Assembly (NCBI RefSeq): GCF_000485595.1
Contig: NW_014577076.1
Location: 1,230,633 to 1,260,746, forward strand
Reading direction: 5' to 3'
Source of the DNA: Priapulus caudatus
Taxonomy: Eukaryota
DNA length: 30,114 bases
In this document: positions 1-12,943 of the stretch, in pieces
Numbering within the stretch: the first letter of the stretch is position 1
Layout: each line of letters begins with the position of its first letter
Notes under the pieces: generated by a model
The model's input: only the letters and a program-made list of their open reading frames with translations
Databases searched by the model: none
What the model was told of the DNA's origin: nothing
Program-made: the position numbers and the translations under genes

Positions 1-955
1 TACTACCTGGTCAGACGAATTATCTGGTAAGATCACTAGCCACCCTCCAAGTCTATTAGCCCGGAATTTCTATAAACAATCGCACGCGCTAAGTAATGTT
101 CGTATATGCGCCTATTCTATTCCTGGCATTCATCGTATTTCCTGGTCCAGACCTAGCGCTAGTTACAGCAGCTTACCAAAATTTAATTACTCCTACTAGG
201 TAGCTGAATCGCAAATGCACTAGCCCCTGGATAGAGATCTGTCGAAAATTTTGAACCCTGCGTTAGACTTCCTGGGTGTTTGGCTAATCTCACAGGTCAC
301 ACAACTGTACTGTACAATACTGTATTCTTTTGATAGGACTACTTGGGTCTCTGTATTACAAATATGCTTGCATTGGAACTCATTCTATACATCGCTGCGC
401 TTGTCAATTAATTAAAACCAATATCTACACGCTAGTATTAAATCACGCAAAATGAATGTCATGATCGTAGCATCAAGCCACGGCATCTTGTCTGTGTTCC
501 ACATAGCATCGGCCGTCGGCACACGACACAGAACAATGTGAAATTGCTTCCGGTGAAACATAATTACATTGATTTACATATTACAGCCACCTGACCTACA
601 TGCAGGGCAGATATTCAAGTAGTGAAATGAGGCCACTTTGATTACGGAGTTAAGAACACTTGCATGTATGTCCCACAAGGAGCCCTATCTCTCTACAGAC
701 ATTAAACATTGCGTGAGACCATAATACACTGTGCGTGTATACTACGTATACGTAAGCAATAGATGCGAGCTAGGGAATTTTTCGCCTAGACGCACTCTCG
801 CCCTCCTCTCGCCCTCCCGCCGTCTCTCTCTATCTCTCTCTCTCTCACTGCCTTTCGCTCTTTCTTATACGTTTCTGTCCAAGGACTCTCCCGAGCACAT
901 CCGTCTCTCTGCCCTTTACCGCATTTTTTCGCTCCCCTTCTCTCTATCTCTCTGA

Positions 956-956
<1 letters not shown>

Positions 957-986
<30 letters not shown>
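957..986. repeat. (GCGT)n microsatellite
   Basis: Directly visible. Confidence 0.95.
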
Positions 987-988
<2 letters not shown>

Positions 989-1458
989 CGCATGTTACTC
1001 AACGCGCTCTCCTTTTCTTCACCCTTTACTCAACTTCCCATCACTATCTCATCACTGTTATTCGGACAGTGCCATGAAGACACACGTACGTCGCGATCAG
1101 CTCTGCGAAATGATCAAAGCGTCGTGGCCTGACAGTTTGCGCGCACATAATCTAATATCTCCCGCAAATAATTCCGCGGCACCTCGCGCGATATAGTGCA
1201 CGTATATATGAGCTCGCCATCCGTACATAGCCGGTGCACGGCCGGTCGCACAGAGCAGGCAGTGCACGCCTGGCATTACATGCTCAGATGCGGTTACATT
1301 ACGAGCAACCTGAATTCCACCCAGCCATTATCCCATCTAGTAGGAGACGGAGATTGCGGGGGTGAGAGTGAGGAGGTGGAGGAGGAGATAGTGGCACATA
1401 TACAGTCATACCATATACGATCTTCGGAAACGGATCAAGAGCAGTTCGAGTAAACGCT

Positions 1459-1477
1459 ATATATAATATATATATAT

Positions 1478-1515
<38 letters not shown>

Positions 1516-1532
1516 AATATATATATATATAT
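1459..1532. repeat. (TA)n microsatellite
   Basis: Directly visible. Confidence 0.95.
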
Positions 1533-2194
1533 TCATAGAGGTGGAGGTTCTATCCATGATGTCTCTACATATATTAACACACATTCGATGCCGTGACTGC
1601 ACACGGTATTCGGAGAAATGCGTACGACCTTTCAAAGAGCTACTTTGCGAGCAGGTATGCGCGGTGCTGCGACATCTCTCGACATCGACGGTATTTTACG
1701 CGATAGTTTGATTCCATTCCCAGTGAATTATTGCGGCTACAACACGCCATATCAGTCGCGAAAAATAAATAGCGCACGCACGCCTTCACGCGAGCGAGAA
1801 AAAGTCAATCGCTTGTTTGCTAAATCGTACACGAAAGCTTACAAACTAGAAATGTGCTTGTTGCAAAAATAACGACGCAGAAACAATTAATTTCACGCGC
1901 GAGCCGTAAGGGAGAACCTTTATATTATTATTACATTCGCAGCAGTCTAATATGCGTTTGCATCGATTATTCGCTGGAAAGCTATAGCCGGGATGTGGGC
2001 TACAGCGTATATTAACAGCCCAACAGCGAATCTCGAAGACACTTGTATGTGGGCTTCTATTCAATGCATTATCGTGCGCAGATGACGATCAGTGGCAGGA
2101 ACAATAATAATTTTAAATCGAATAAATGTTTAGACAAAAATGCTAAACCTCGAGCAAGAGTAACACAGTTGAGTGAGTTCGTATATTACTGTCC

Positions 2195-2195
<1 letters not shown>

Positions 2196-2290
<95 letters not shown>

Positions 2291-2319
2291 CGTACGCACA
2301 CACACATACATACACACAA

Positions 2320-2391
<72 letters not shown>

Positions 2392-2437
2392 TCACACACA
2401 TACACACAAACACGCACGCACGCACGCACGCACGCAC
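2196..2437. repeat. Compound (CA)n/(CACG)n microsatellite
   Basis: Directly visible; source of the spurious THTH/VCVC ORFs. Confidence 0.97.
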
Positions 2438-2547
2438 ATGATGACCTCCTTGCTCCGTGTGGTCACATGGGCACATGATCCATGGCCATACCCTCAGCAC
2501 CTCACAGTCTGGTCGTTAACATCATTCAGCAGTAGCCTCTGCTAAAA

Positions 2548-2779
2548 TCATCATCCTCATCATCATCATCATCAGCAGCAGCAGCAGCCAGCGCTAGCAG
2601 CAGCAGCAGCAGAAGCCTTCGCTAGCAGCAGCAGCCACCGCTAGCAGCAGCAGCAGCAGCCTTCGCTAGCAGCAGCAGCAGCCACCGCTAGCAGCAACAG
2701 CAGCATCCATCGCTAACAGCAGCAGCAACAGCAGCAGTAGCCAGTGCTAGCAGCAGCAACAGCAACAGCCGCAGCAGCG
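2548..2779. repeat. CAT/CAG trinucleotide tract with a higher-order GCTAGCAGCAGC unit
   Basis: Repeated cgctagcagcagcagc/gccttc/gccac modules; partially repeated at 8463-8615. Confidence 0.9.
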
Positions 2780-3871
2780 GACGCCGCGCGGCGCGACTGG
2801 CCGCTGAATTATTCACGCCGGACAACCGCCTTCCGACGCGAGCGCTTTTAAATGATGCACAAATCGTGCATTCGCAAGTTGAAGCGTCGCCCAAGTCCCA
2901 CGTGCGTGTCACCGCCGCCGCGCTGTCACACGATAGATAATAGATAGCGCGGTGACTCGAGGGTAGTAGGGGAAGGAGAAAAAGGAGACGGAGACTGGAG
3001 GAGAAGTGGACGGGTGTGGCTCAGGGAGAAGGGGAAGGGCGAGACGGCGGTGGCGGTTCGAATGCAGAAGTCAGCGGTGGTGGCTCCAGCGGCAACGTCA
3101 ATAGCTCAATAAAAAGTATGCAGCGGCTGCGCTTTTTCGATACCGGAGAGGGGGCGACGGTGAGAACCCTTGCACGCAACAACTTCCGTGCCTGTCAGTG
3201 GTGAGCACGCGAACCGTGGTATGGCCTATGAACGATTTATCAAGCTCTCGCGCTCGCTCCCAGGTTTGTTTATACACCATAGACACTCAGCAAGGAAGGC
3301 AGAGCAAGGCGTATGTCCGCTGGGTGCGGAAACCCGCCACACTACGTGTCAAAGAGGCTCCCCAAGTACTTGCTAACGCGGCCAAGTTATTAAACTGCCC
3401 TGGTTTCGAGAGATGGCCACAGAATTTTCGATGTCGCAATAGAGCGGAGGATAGGAAGGAGGAGGGGGAGTGTCGAGGAGGAGGAACACAAGGAAGGTTC
3501 CCATGGCTGTGCCAAAATAGTGTCAAAAACAAACACTGACACGTTCCTCAAACAAAACACAACAGTAGTTGTTCAAACTGTACTGTTTAGCTTTTAGACT
3601 GTGCACCTACTCAAACATTACTGACATGTCTTGTATAAAAGCAATTGCATGGTGCCGTGCCAATAGAATTAAATCATGCAGCGAAAATCAGGTTCGCACG
3701 CGAGGATATTCAGGAGTCTCTATAGCGAGATGGTCAGGGAAAACAGTTCACTTTTTGGAGAACCACGAAATTAAGCACTCAAGTCACCCACCAAATGTAT
3801 TTTTATTCGCGGTAACACAACCTACAATAGAAACATTTCTGTGAGTGTGATGATTCCTGCACACATAATAG

Positions 3872-3913
3872 CAGGAGTTAATAAAGACAAAAATATGTCT
3901 TTATTAACTCCTG
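3872..3913. mobile_element. 42-bp CAGGAG palindrome with 7-bp TSD (putative P-superfamily footprint or mini-MITE)
   Basis: ataatag|CAGGAGTTAATAAAGACA-aaaata-TGTCTTTATTAACTCCTG|ataatag: perfect 18-bp arms and perfect TSD. Confidence 0.85.
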
Positions 3914-4355
3914 ATAATAGTAATACACGTATTAATTAACCCAAATTAACTAATTTAAACTAGTAGAAAAAATGAATTATTATCCCACATTTTTAAGCGG
4001 GTCAGCCACGCAGGAATTATTTAGGGCTGCTCTATATATACAGCACTTCAAAAATGTACTGCACTTATCAACGCAACAAACAACGTGGCGTTAGACAATA
4101 GAGAATGAATATTTCGAGAGGTTAGTTTCGTCGACAAAGACTGGGTCAAACTAGATTGCGCCGCTTTATTTTTCGGCGTTCGATTTCGAAACGCGTGCTT
4201 CTCATCTTTGTTTAGCATATCGGACGTCATCGCTATTCACCGACCGCAGTATGGTACAAAGGCTAAAAGCTGGCTTAAAGGTCTAATGCTGCATAAAAAA
4301 TTGATTATATAACACGGCCTCGCTTATACCGCTCGCACGGCGCCCACCTCCCTAC

Positions 4356-4544
4356 CTTTTAACAGCGACATCGTAGTTTTCTCCTTGTCACCGGTCTCCG
4401 GCTGGATCGTTCCCTGCAGCTGTGACATGGCGATCCGGTCCCTTTCAACACTGTCCTCCTTCCCCAAATCTACATCCGCGCTGACGACGGCCTGAGTGCA
4501 ATTGTTTGTTGGCGCCTTGTCGGCCCACGGATTCATGAAGCCAG

Positions 4545-4579
<35 letters not shown>

Positions 4580-4645
4580 GGGGTGTCACCGTCGTCCTGC
4601 GACTGATTGTTATCGTCGCTCACATGCCGCGTCCGCAGTTTGCCT
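4356..4645 (-). CDS. Internal coding exon with polyQ (GKLRTRHVSDDNNQSQDDGDTP-Q11-AGFMNPWADKAP...KTTMSLLK)
   Basis: Acceptor gtctatctgtctgtttcag|A, donor AAAG|gtaggg, 290 nt open in frame (phase 2 in, phase 1 out). The CAG-length difference between the two copies preserves the frame. Confidence 0.65.
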
Positions 4646-5719
4646 CTGAAACAGACAGATAGACACCGGATTATATACACAGATAGGTGAAATACACGAG
4701 TTGCATAGACACCAGGATCAATCACACGGGCAGACACATGTGGGGATAAAACCTACAGACAGATAGACTTGATGAGCTCGTGTGTGCAATGGATAGACAC
4801 AAACAAATCCACTTCATATTATGTAGATGCGTGATTTATTACCTGTATAACGAATAAAATCAATGCACAACACATGGTAATATTTTCGGGTATACACGAT
4901 GACATGTATCCCAAATTTCCATGTAGGGCCTAGTATTTGTTCAATCAAACTTTACCTCATACCCAAACCGCGCATAGTTTGCACCGTGAACTTCTCACAT
5001 CAGCCGGACTTTGCATTTCGCATGTGTGCGCGGTGCAGCCTTTCTGCACACACCCCGCAGATAAACGTCGCTTCCATCGCACAGATTTGTACCACACCTA
5101 TGTAATACTCGCCAGGCGGATTACACCGATGCCCCCCCCCCATTTCATCCAAAAACATGATATGTTTTCCGATTATTCTGCGAAGTTCGCGCGCGCAGAA
5201 GAAATAGACGCGGACGGCAACAGGCCGACGCCGGCGACACGTGCGCACGCTGCTGCCGCATGGCTTTAGCGGAACGTTTCACATTTTGGATATTTCCACT
5301 CCGGCGCCCCATTCTCGCCTAAACGCACTTGAGTCGATATCTATTTCTTCGGCTCTTGACAGGCGTAACAAAGGAGCGGGTCGGGCCTACTACTCACCGC
5401 TGTCCTACGCGTGAATATTGGGCGCCATCAATAAGAGATGACGCTGTCTAGTTTTTGTGTGTGCAGAGCTCGCGGGGTCATCCTGAATGCTCGCGATGAG
5501 TATTAGGGTGGCGACGGGGTGCGTAACACGGGAAAAGGGGGGCGGACAGGGCACGCTACACGATATACGAGCTGTATTCTGCACGGTGCGGATACATGAG
5601 CTATGTGGAGGTGCTGCACGTGCATATGAAGAGCTGTGCGCGGGTGACGGGGTGTACATATAGCAGGGATTGAGAGGAACATGGGTGTGAGACAGGGTTA
5701 GAGGGTAGCATTGAGGGTA

Positions 5720-5910
5720 ATAGTACGTGGTGTGCGGTAAGATGTGTGCGGAGCATAGGCAAGAACACGTGGTGTATGCCAGGGTGTGTGCGGTGGTGGG
5801 GGCAGCTGCCTCCATGGGGATGAGAACACGTGGCGTTTGGTAGGTTGTGTGTGTGCGCGTGGGGTGAGGGTGGATAGGAACACGTGGTGTGCGGAAGGGC
5901 GTGTGTATGG
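5720..5910. repeat. Degenerate GT-rich minisatellite with ACACGTGG core
   Basis: Three gaacacgtgg copies plus one gtacgtgg variant at ~40-60 bp spacing; repeated at ~11556-11746. Confidence 0.55.
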
Positions 5911-7107
5911 GGCCTGGGTTATATGGTACGGGGTTCATGTTATGCAACGGAACGCAGAGGCATAGGTTAAGAGGGGTAGACACATAGCATCACGAGTTTG
6001 GAGAGGTGATAGAGAGGGACTAGAGGGAGAAGGGTATTTTCAAAGTCGAGGTCCGAGCAGCAGACGGACCATCCCAAGACGAGCCTGCCGCATGAGCGGT
6101 TGGGGCAACAAACCGTTACTGAATGGCTCAAAGGGATTTGGTTCAAAATTGATTTTCATTGATTTACATGCACGGCTTATGAATCGCTATGGCGTGACTC
6201 ACGAATCTAAACGTGGACAAGAAAAAGATTCAATTGGAGCATGAAACCCGAAACGCAGAACAATCAAGTGGCTACACGCTCTTTCTCTCTTTCTCTCGCA
6301 CGCAGGCACGGACGCACGCAGGCACATACCACCGAGACGGGAGAATACGGCTACTTCCACTGAGACCACCGGACATGCGTGTGTGTCCAATATGGATGAG
6401 GATTCATACAATGTGAATCAAGGATTCATGGGCGCTGGTCTTATTTCTACACCACGTGTAGAACCTAGGTAAGAACGTCCTCACGTTTCTGCATTAGAAT
6501 CGTCTCGAAGCCTTGTTCAATAGACTCACACGCAATTGTTTTGGCAGACATGTAGCGGCGAGCGGGTGTACCGGTACAAGAACCGGGCCTATCGTTTAAA
6601 TCATGCACGGACGATCGTAGCTTTAGAACTACAGCCCTTTTTGACTACATTCGAGCGCCGATATTAAAAATACGCCTGCTGATTTGCGATTTGCGGGCGC
6701 CAGGTCACACGCGGGTGTCGTAATGCAGTTGTCTGGGGCAGAAGAATGGTGTATGCCGGCGTCTCTCCTCCCCCGCCATCGATCATTGCGACCCAAATCA
6801 AGCTTAAATAACGCCATCGCAGTCATCCATCAATATTGATAGAAGGAATACATTAAGACTCGCGCGCGGGCGCGGGGAGCTGCCCACGCAGGGAGCTGTC
6901 ACCTCTGTCAGATTATGGCCGGCTTAGCGCCCGCCTGCATGCATGCGCGAGTCTCGCACCGACCTGTGCGCCTGACATTTGGGCAAAGAGCGGATCCACG
7001 TCGCAATTACCCGGCTCCCTAATTAAATTTAACGCCACGCATTCGCCACGCGGCGCGTGTAAGTAGCAGCGAGTAGTAGCTAGCCACGCACGCGGCTGTA
7101 GTTGTAT

Positions 7108-7949
7108 CAGGAGTAAGATAATATAGGAGGAGTATGACACTCCAAAACACGAGAAATTCAACATTTGCTTGCCTAATTTTACCGATGATATATTACGTCT
7201 AAATTAGCGTTGGACATCCACCTCACACTCAAACTTTACTTTGTTTCCCTGCCTCTTCTTTTTATGGAGATATAGCTTTGAACGTCACACATGGTTCATA
7301 GCGTTTTACTATGCTGGGGGCTCAGCTTCCCTGACGTTTCAAACAGTTGCTATCTCTGTGAGGAATGGTCTCTTGTGTGTTTAAAGAATGCCACCTGTTG
7401 GCGGCAGGAGTAAGATAATATAGGATCAATATTATATTCTATATTATATCATACACACTATATATATAATCCTATATATATATATACACACATATAATCC
7501 TATATATATATATACACACATATATATACTATACACGTATATATATACACACACATATATACACACTATATATATACACACATATACTATATTATCCTAT
7601 ATTATATAATATCCTATATTATCTTACTCTTGCCGCCAACAGGTGGCATTCTTTAAACAGACAAGAGACCATTCCTCACAGAGATAGCAAATGTTTGAAA
7701 GCTCAGGGAAGCTAAGCCCCAGCCTAGTAAAACGCTATGAACCATGTGTGACGTTCAAAGCTATATCTCCATAAAAAGAAGAGGCATGGAAACAAAGTAA
7801 AGTTTGAGTGTGAGGTGGATGTCCAACGCTAATTTAGATGTAATTTTTATCGAGTTGCACGTAATATATCATCGGTCAAATTAGGCAAGCACATGTTGAA
7901 TTTCTCGTGTTTTGGAGTGTCATACTCCTCCTATATTATCTTACTCCTG
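7108..7949. mobile_element. Non-autonomous foldback DNA transposon with ~320-340 bp TIRs and 7-bp TSD (Galileo/P-like)
   Basis: gttgtat|CAGGAGTAAGATAATATAGG...CCTATATTATCTTACTCCTG|gttgtat. Arms ~7108-7426 and ~7611-7949 flank a TA/CA-rich spacer, and the terminal 21-mer is repeated at the inner end of each arm. Superfamily assignment is inference. Confidence 0.9.
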
Positions 7950-8403
7950 GTTGTATCACGCGTGTGTGTAGGTAGTAGATACAGCGCAGCAAGCTTGCAA
8001 TGGCACCGAGATAGCTGCCGGAGGTAGATCGCTATACGCACGCAGCGACAAGCAGTGCGGCAAGGCAGCTATAGCGGTAGCGCGCATATATATATGCATG
8101 TTGATAAAGCAGAGATGGCTTCTTGCGTGGCAACGAGGTAGCTCCCGAGAGACACTTCGTTACGCTCGAACATTCAGGAGGTTTAATAGTTTTCTAAGTA
8201 CCATGTATTTGCGCAGTGACATGCCTGTATTGTTTGTCTTTCCCCGCACGTTAGCACGTGCGCACAGCTATAATGAACGACATGTAAATGAACAGGACAG
8301 ACATGAGAGTAAACATAATACGAATGCAATTCCATATTAATATTAATATGAAATGCATAATATAGAACTAGAGAGAAGTACCTAGATAGAGAGAAGAGAA
8401 AGC

Positions 8404-8452
<49 letters not shown>

Positions 8453-8462
8453 NNNNNNNNNN
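8453..8462. other. Assembly gap (10 N)
   Basis: N run at the junction of the duplication. Confidence 1.
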
Positions 8463-9707
8463 CAGCAGCAGCAGAAGCCTTCGCTAGCAGCAACAGCAGC
8501 AACCACCTAGCAGCAGCAGCAGCAGCAGAAGCCTTCGCTAGCAGCAACAGCAGCAACCACCTAGCAGCAGCAGCAGCCACCGCTAGCAGCAGCAACAGCA
8601 ACAGCCGCAGCAGCGGACGCCGCGCGGCGCGACTGGCCGCTGAATTATTCACGCCGGACAACCGCCTTCCGACGCGAGCGCTTTTAAATGATGCACAAAT
8701 CGTGCATTCGCAAGTTGAAGCGTCGCCCAAGTCCCACGTGCGTGTCACCGCCGCCGCGCTGTCACACGATAGATAATAGATAGCGCGGTGACTCGAGGGT
8801 AGTAGGGGAAGGAGAAAAAGGAGACGGAGACTGGAGGAGAAGTGGACGGGTGTGGCTCAGGGAGAAGGGGAAGGGCGAGACGGCGGTGGCGGTTCGAATG
8901 CAGAAGTCAGCGGTGGTGGCTCCAGCGGCAACGTCAATAGCTCAATAAAAAGTATGCAGCGGCTGCGCTTTTTCGATACCGGAGAGGGGGCGACGGTGAG
9001 AACCCCTGCACGCAACAACTTCCGTGCCTGTCAGTGGTGAGCACGCGAACCGTGGTATGGCCTATGAACGATTTATCAAGCTCTCGCGCTCGCTCCCAGG
9101 TTTGTTTATACACCATAGACACTCAGCAAGGAAGGCAGAGCAAGGCGTATGTCCGCTGGGTGCGGAAACCCGCCACACTACGTGTCAAAGAGGCTCCCCA
9201 AGTACTTGCTAACGCGGCCAAGTTATTAAACTGCCCTGGTTTCGAGAGATGGCCACAGAATTTTCGATGTCGCAATAGAGCGGAGGATAGGAAGGAGGAG
9301 GGGGAGTGTCGAGGAGGAGGAACACAAGGAAGGTTCCCATGGCTGTGCCAAAATAGTGTCAAAAACAAACACTGACACGTTCCTCAAACAAAACACAACA
9401 GTAGTTGTTCAAACTGTACTGTTTAGCTTTTAGACTGTGCACCTACTCAAACATTACTGACATGTCTTGTATAAAAGCAATTGCATGGTGCCGTGCCAAT
9501 AGAATTAAATCATGCAGCGAAAATCAGGTTCGCACGCGAGGATATTCAGGAGTCTCTATAGCGAGATGGTCAGGGAAAACAGTTCACTTTTTGGAGAACC
9601 ACGAAATTAAGCACTCAAGTCACCCACCAAATGTATTTTTATTCGCGGTAACACAACCTACAATAGAAACATTTCTGTGAGTGTGATGATTCCTGCACAC
9701 ATAATAG

Positions 9708-9749
9708 CAGGAGTTAATAAAGACAAAAATATGTCTTTATTAACTCCTG
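9708..9749. mobile_element. Duplicate of the 42-bp CAGGAG palindrome
   Basis: Identical to 3872-3913 with TSD ataatag; part of the duplication. Confidence 0.85.
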
Positions 9750-10191
9750 ATAATAGTAATACACGTATTAATTAACCCAAATTAACTAATTTAAACTAGT
9801 AGAAAAAATGAATTATTATCCCACATTTTTAAGCGGGTCAGCCACGCAGGAATTATTTAGGGCTGCTCTATATATACAGCACTTCAAAAATGTACTGCAC
9901 TTATCAACGCAACAAACAACGTGGCGTTAGACAATAGAGAATGAATATTTCGAGAGGTTAGTTTCGTCGACAAAGACTGGGTCAAACTAGATTGCGCCGC
10001 TTTATTTTTCGGCGTTCGATTTCGAAACGCGTGCTTCTCATCTTTGTTTAGCATATCGGACGTCATCGCTATTCACCGACCGCAGTATGGTACAAAGGCT
10101 AAAAGCTGGCTTAAAGGTCTAATGCTGCATAAAAAATTGATTATATAACACGGCCTCGCTTATACCGCTCGCACGGCGCCCACCTCCCTAC

Positions 10192-10475
10192 CTTTTAACA
10201 GCGACATCGTAGTTTTCTCCTTGTCACCGGTCTCCGGCTGGATCGTTCCCTGCAGCTGTGACATGGCGATCCGGTCCCTTTCAACACTGTCCTCCTTCCC
10301 CAAATCTACATCCGCGCTGACGACGGCCTGAGTGCAATTGTTTGTTGGCGCCTTGTCGACCCACGGATTCATGAAGCCAGCCTGCTGCTGCTGCTGCTGC
10401 TGCTGCTGCGGGGTGTCACCGTCGTCCTGCGACTGATTGTTATCGTCGCTCACATGCCGCGTCCGCAGTTTGCCT
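10192..10475 (-). CDS. Duplicate or allele of the polyQ exon (Q9, one A>V change)
   Basis: Same splice sites as 4356-4645; 284 nt; 6-nt in-frame CAG contraction and GCC>GTC. Confidence 0.6.
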
Positions 10476-12943
10476 CTGAAACAGACAGATAGACACCGGA
10501 TTATATACACAAATAGGTGAAATACACGAGTTGCATAGACACCAGGATCAATCACACGGGCAGACACATGTGGGGATAAAACCTACAGACAGATAGACTT
10601 GATGAGCTCGTGTGTGCAATGGATAGACACAAACAAATCCACTTCATATTATGTAGATCTATGCGTGATTTATTACCTGTATAACGAATAAAATCAATGC
10701 ACAACACATGGTAATATTTTCGGGTATATCCGATGACATGTATCCCAAATTTCCATGTAGGGCCTAGTATTTGTTCCATCAAACTTTACCTCATACCCAA
10801 ACCGCGCATAGTTTGCACCGTGAACTTCTCACATCAGCCGGACTTTGCATTTCGCATGTGTGCGCGGTGCAGCCTTTCTGCACACACCCCGCAGATAAAC
10901 GTCGCTTCCATCGCACAGATTTGTACCACACCTATGTAATACTCGCCAGGCGGATTACACCGATGCCCCCCCCCCATTTCATCCAAAAACATGATATGTT
11001 TTCCGATTATTCTGCGAAGTTCGCGCGCGCAGAAGAAATAGACGCGGACGGCAACAGGCCGACGCCGGCGACACGTGCGCACGCTGCTGCCGCATGGCTT
11101 TAGCGGAACGTTTCACATTTTGGATATTTCCACTCCGGCGCCCCATTCTCGCCTAAACGCACTTGAGTCGATATCTATTTCTTCGGCTCTTGACAGGCGT
11201 AACAAAGGAGCGGGTCGGGCCTACTACTCACCGCTGTCCTACGCGTGAATATTGGGCGCCATCAATAAGAGATGACGCTGTCTAGTTTTTGTGTGTGCAG
11301 AGCTCGCGGGGTCATCCTGAATGCTCGCGATGAGTATTAGGGTGGCGACGGGGTGCGTAACACGGGAAAAGGGGGGCGGACAGGGCACGCTACACGATAT
11401 ACGAGCTGTATATCCTGCACGGTGCGGATACATGAGCTATGTGGAGGTGCTGCACGTGCATATGAAGAGCTGTGCGCGGGTGACGGGGTGTACATATAGC
11501 AGGGATTGAGAGGAACATGGGTGTGAGACAGGGTTAGAGGGTAGCATTGAGGGTAATAGTACGTGGTGTGCGGTAAGATGTGTGCGGAGCATAGGCAAGA
11601 ACACGTGGTGTATGCCAGGGTGTGTGCGGTGGTGGGGGCAGCTGCCTCCATGGGGATGAGAACACGTGGCGTTTGGTAGGTTGTGTGTGTGCGCGTGGGG
11701 TGAGGGTGGATAGGAACACGTGGTGTGCGGAAGGGCGTGTGTATGGGGCCTGGGTTATATGGTACGGGGTTCATGTTATGCAACGGAACGCAGAGGCATA
11801 GGTTAAGAGGGGTAGACACATAGCATCACGAGTTTGGAGAGGTGATAGAGAGGGACTAGAGGGAGAAGGGTATTTTCAAAGTCGAGGTCCGAGCAGCAGA
11901 CGGACCATCCCAAGACGAGCCTGCCGCATGAGCGGTTGGGGCAACAAACCGTTACTGAATGGCTCAAAGGGATTTGGTTCAAAATTGATTTTCATTGATT
12001 TACATGCACGGCTTATGAATCGCTATGGCGTGACTCACGAATCTAAACGTGGACAAGAAAAAGATTCAATTGGAGCATGAAACCCGAAACGCAGAACAAT
12101 CAAGTGGCTACACGCTCTTTCTCTCTTTCTCTCGCACGCAGGCACGGACGCACGCAGGCACATACCACCGAGACGGGAGAATACGGCTACTTCCACTGAG
12201 ACCACCGGACATGCGTGTGTGTCCAATATGGATGAGGATTCATACAATGTGAATCAAGGATTCATGGGCGCTGGTCTTATTTCTACACCACGTGTAGAAC
12301 CTAGGTAAGAACGTCCTCACGTTTCTGCATTAGAATCGTCTCGAAGCCTTGTTCAATAGACTCACACGCAATTGTTTTGGCAGACATGTAGCGGCGAGCG
12401 GGTGTACCGGTACAAGAACCGGGCCTATCGTTTAAATCATGCACGGACGATCGTAGCTTCAGAACTACAGCCCTTTTTGACTACATTCGAGCGCCGATAT
12501 TAAAAATACGCCTGCTGATTTGCGATTTGCGGGCGCCAGGTCACACGCGGGTGTCGTAATGCAGTTGTCTGGGGCAGAAGAATGGTGTATGCCGGCGTCT
12601 CTCCTCCCCCGCCATCGATCATTGCGACCCAAATCAAGCTTAAATAACGCCATCGCAGTCATCCATCAATATTGATAGAAGGAATACATTAAGACTCGCG
12701 CGCGGGCGCGGGGAGCTGCCCACGCAGGGAGCTGTCACCTCTGTCAGATTATGGCCGGCTTAGCGCCCGCCTGCATGCATGCGCGAGTCTCGCACCGACC
12801 TGTGCGCCTGACATTTGGGCAAAGAGCGGATCCACGTCGCAATTACCCGGCTCCCTAATTAAATTTAACGCCACGCATTCGCCACGCGGCGCGTGTAAGT
12901 AGCAGCGAGTAGTAGCTAGCCACGCACGCGGCTGTAGTTGTAT

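Larger units (their letters stand above)
2575..8452 (+). repeat. Copy 1 of ~5.84 kb near-identical tandem duplication
   Basis: Sequence recurs at an offset of 5836 (e.g. 3016 vs 8852, 4356 vs 10192) with scattered SNPs and small indels. It starts in a CAG-rich tract and ends in (GA)n abutting the N-gap. Start boundary is approximate. Confidence 0.95.

Noticed and set aside
2043..2500. THTH/VCVC/ARTH ORFs (also at 14596-15044, 20423-20711, 22607-23000, 25659-25946)
   Set aside because: Translations of microsatellites.
3711..3730. Other CAGGAG/CAAGAG hexamers (also near 1437, 2154, 8175, 14974, 21151, 29817)
   Set aside because: No inverted partner or TSD nearby.
5398..5482. Minus-strand exon with strong GTGAGT donor and cattcag acceptor
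   Set aside because: Stop codons in all three frames; at most a non-coding exon.
5405..5983. 192-aa minus-strand ORF
   Set aside because: Low-complexity repeat-derived sequence, frameshifted in the second copy by an indel.
6445..6470. Hairpin plus CTAG as a Helitron 3' end
   Set aside because: The hairpin is AT-rich and only 1 nt from CTAG; no 5' end was identified.
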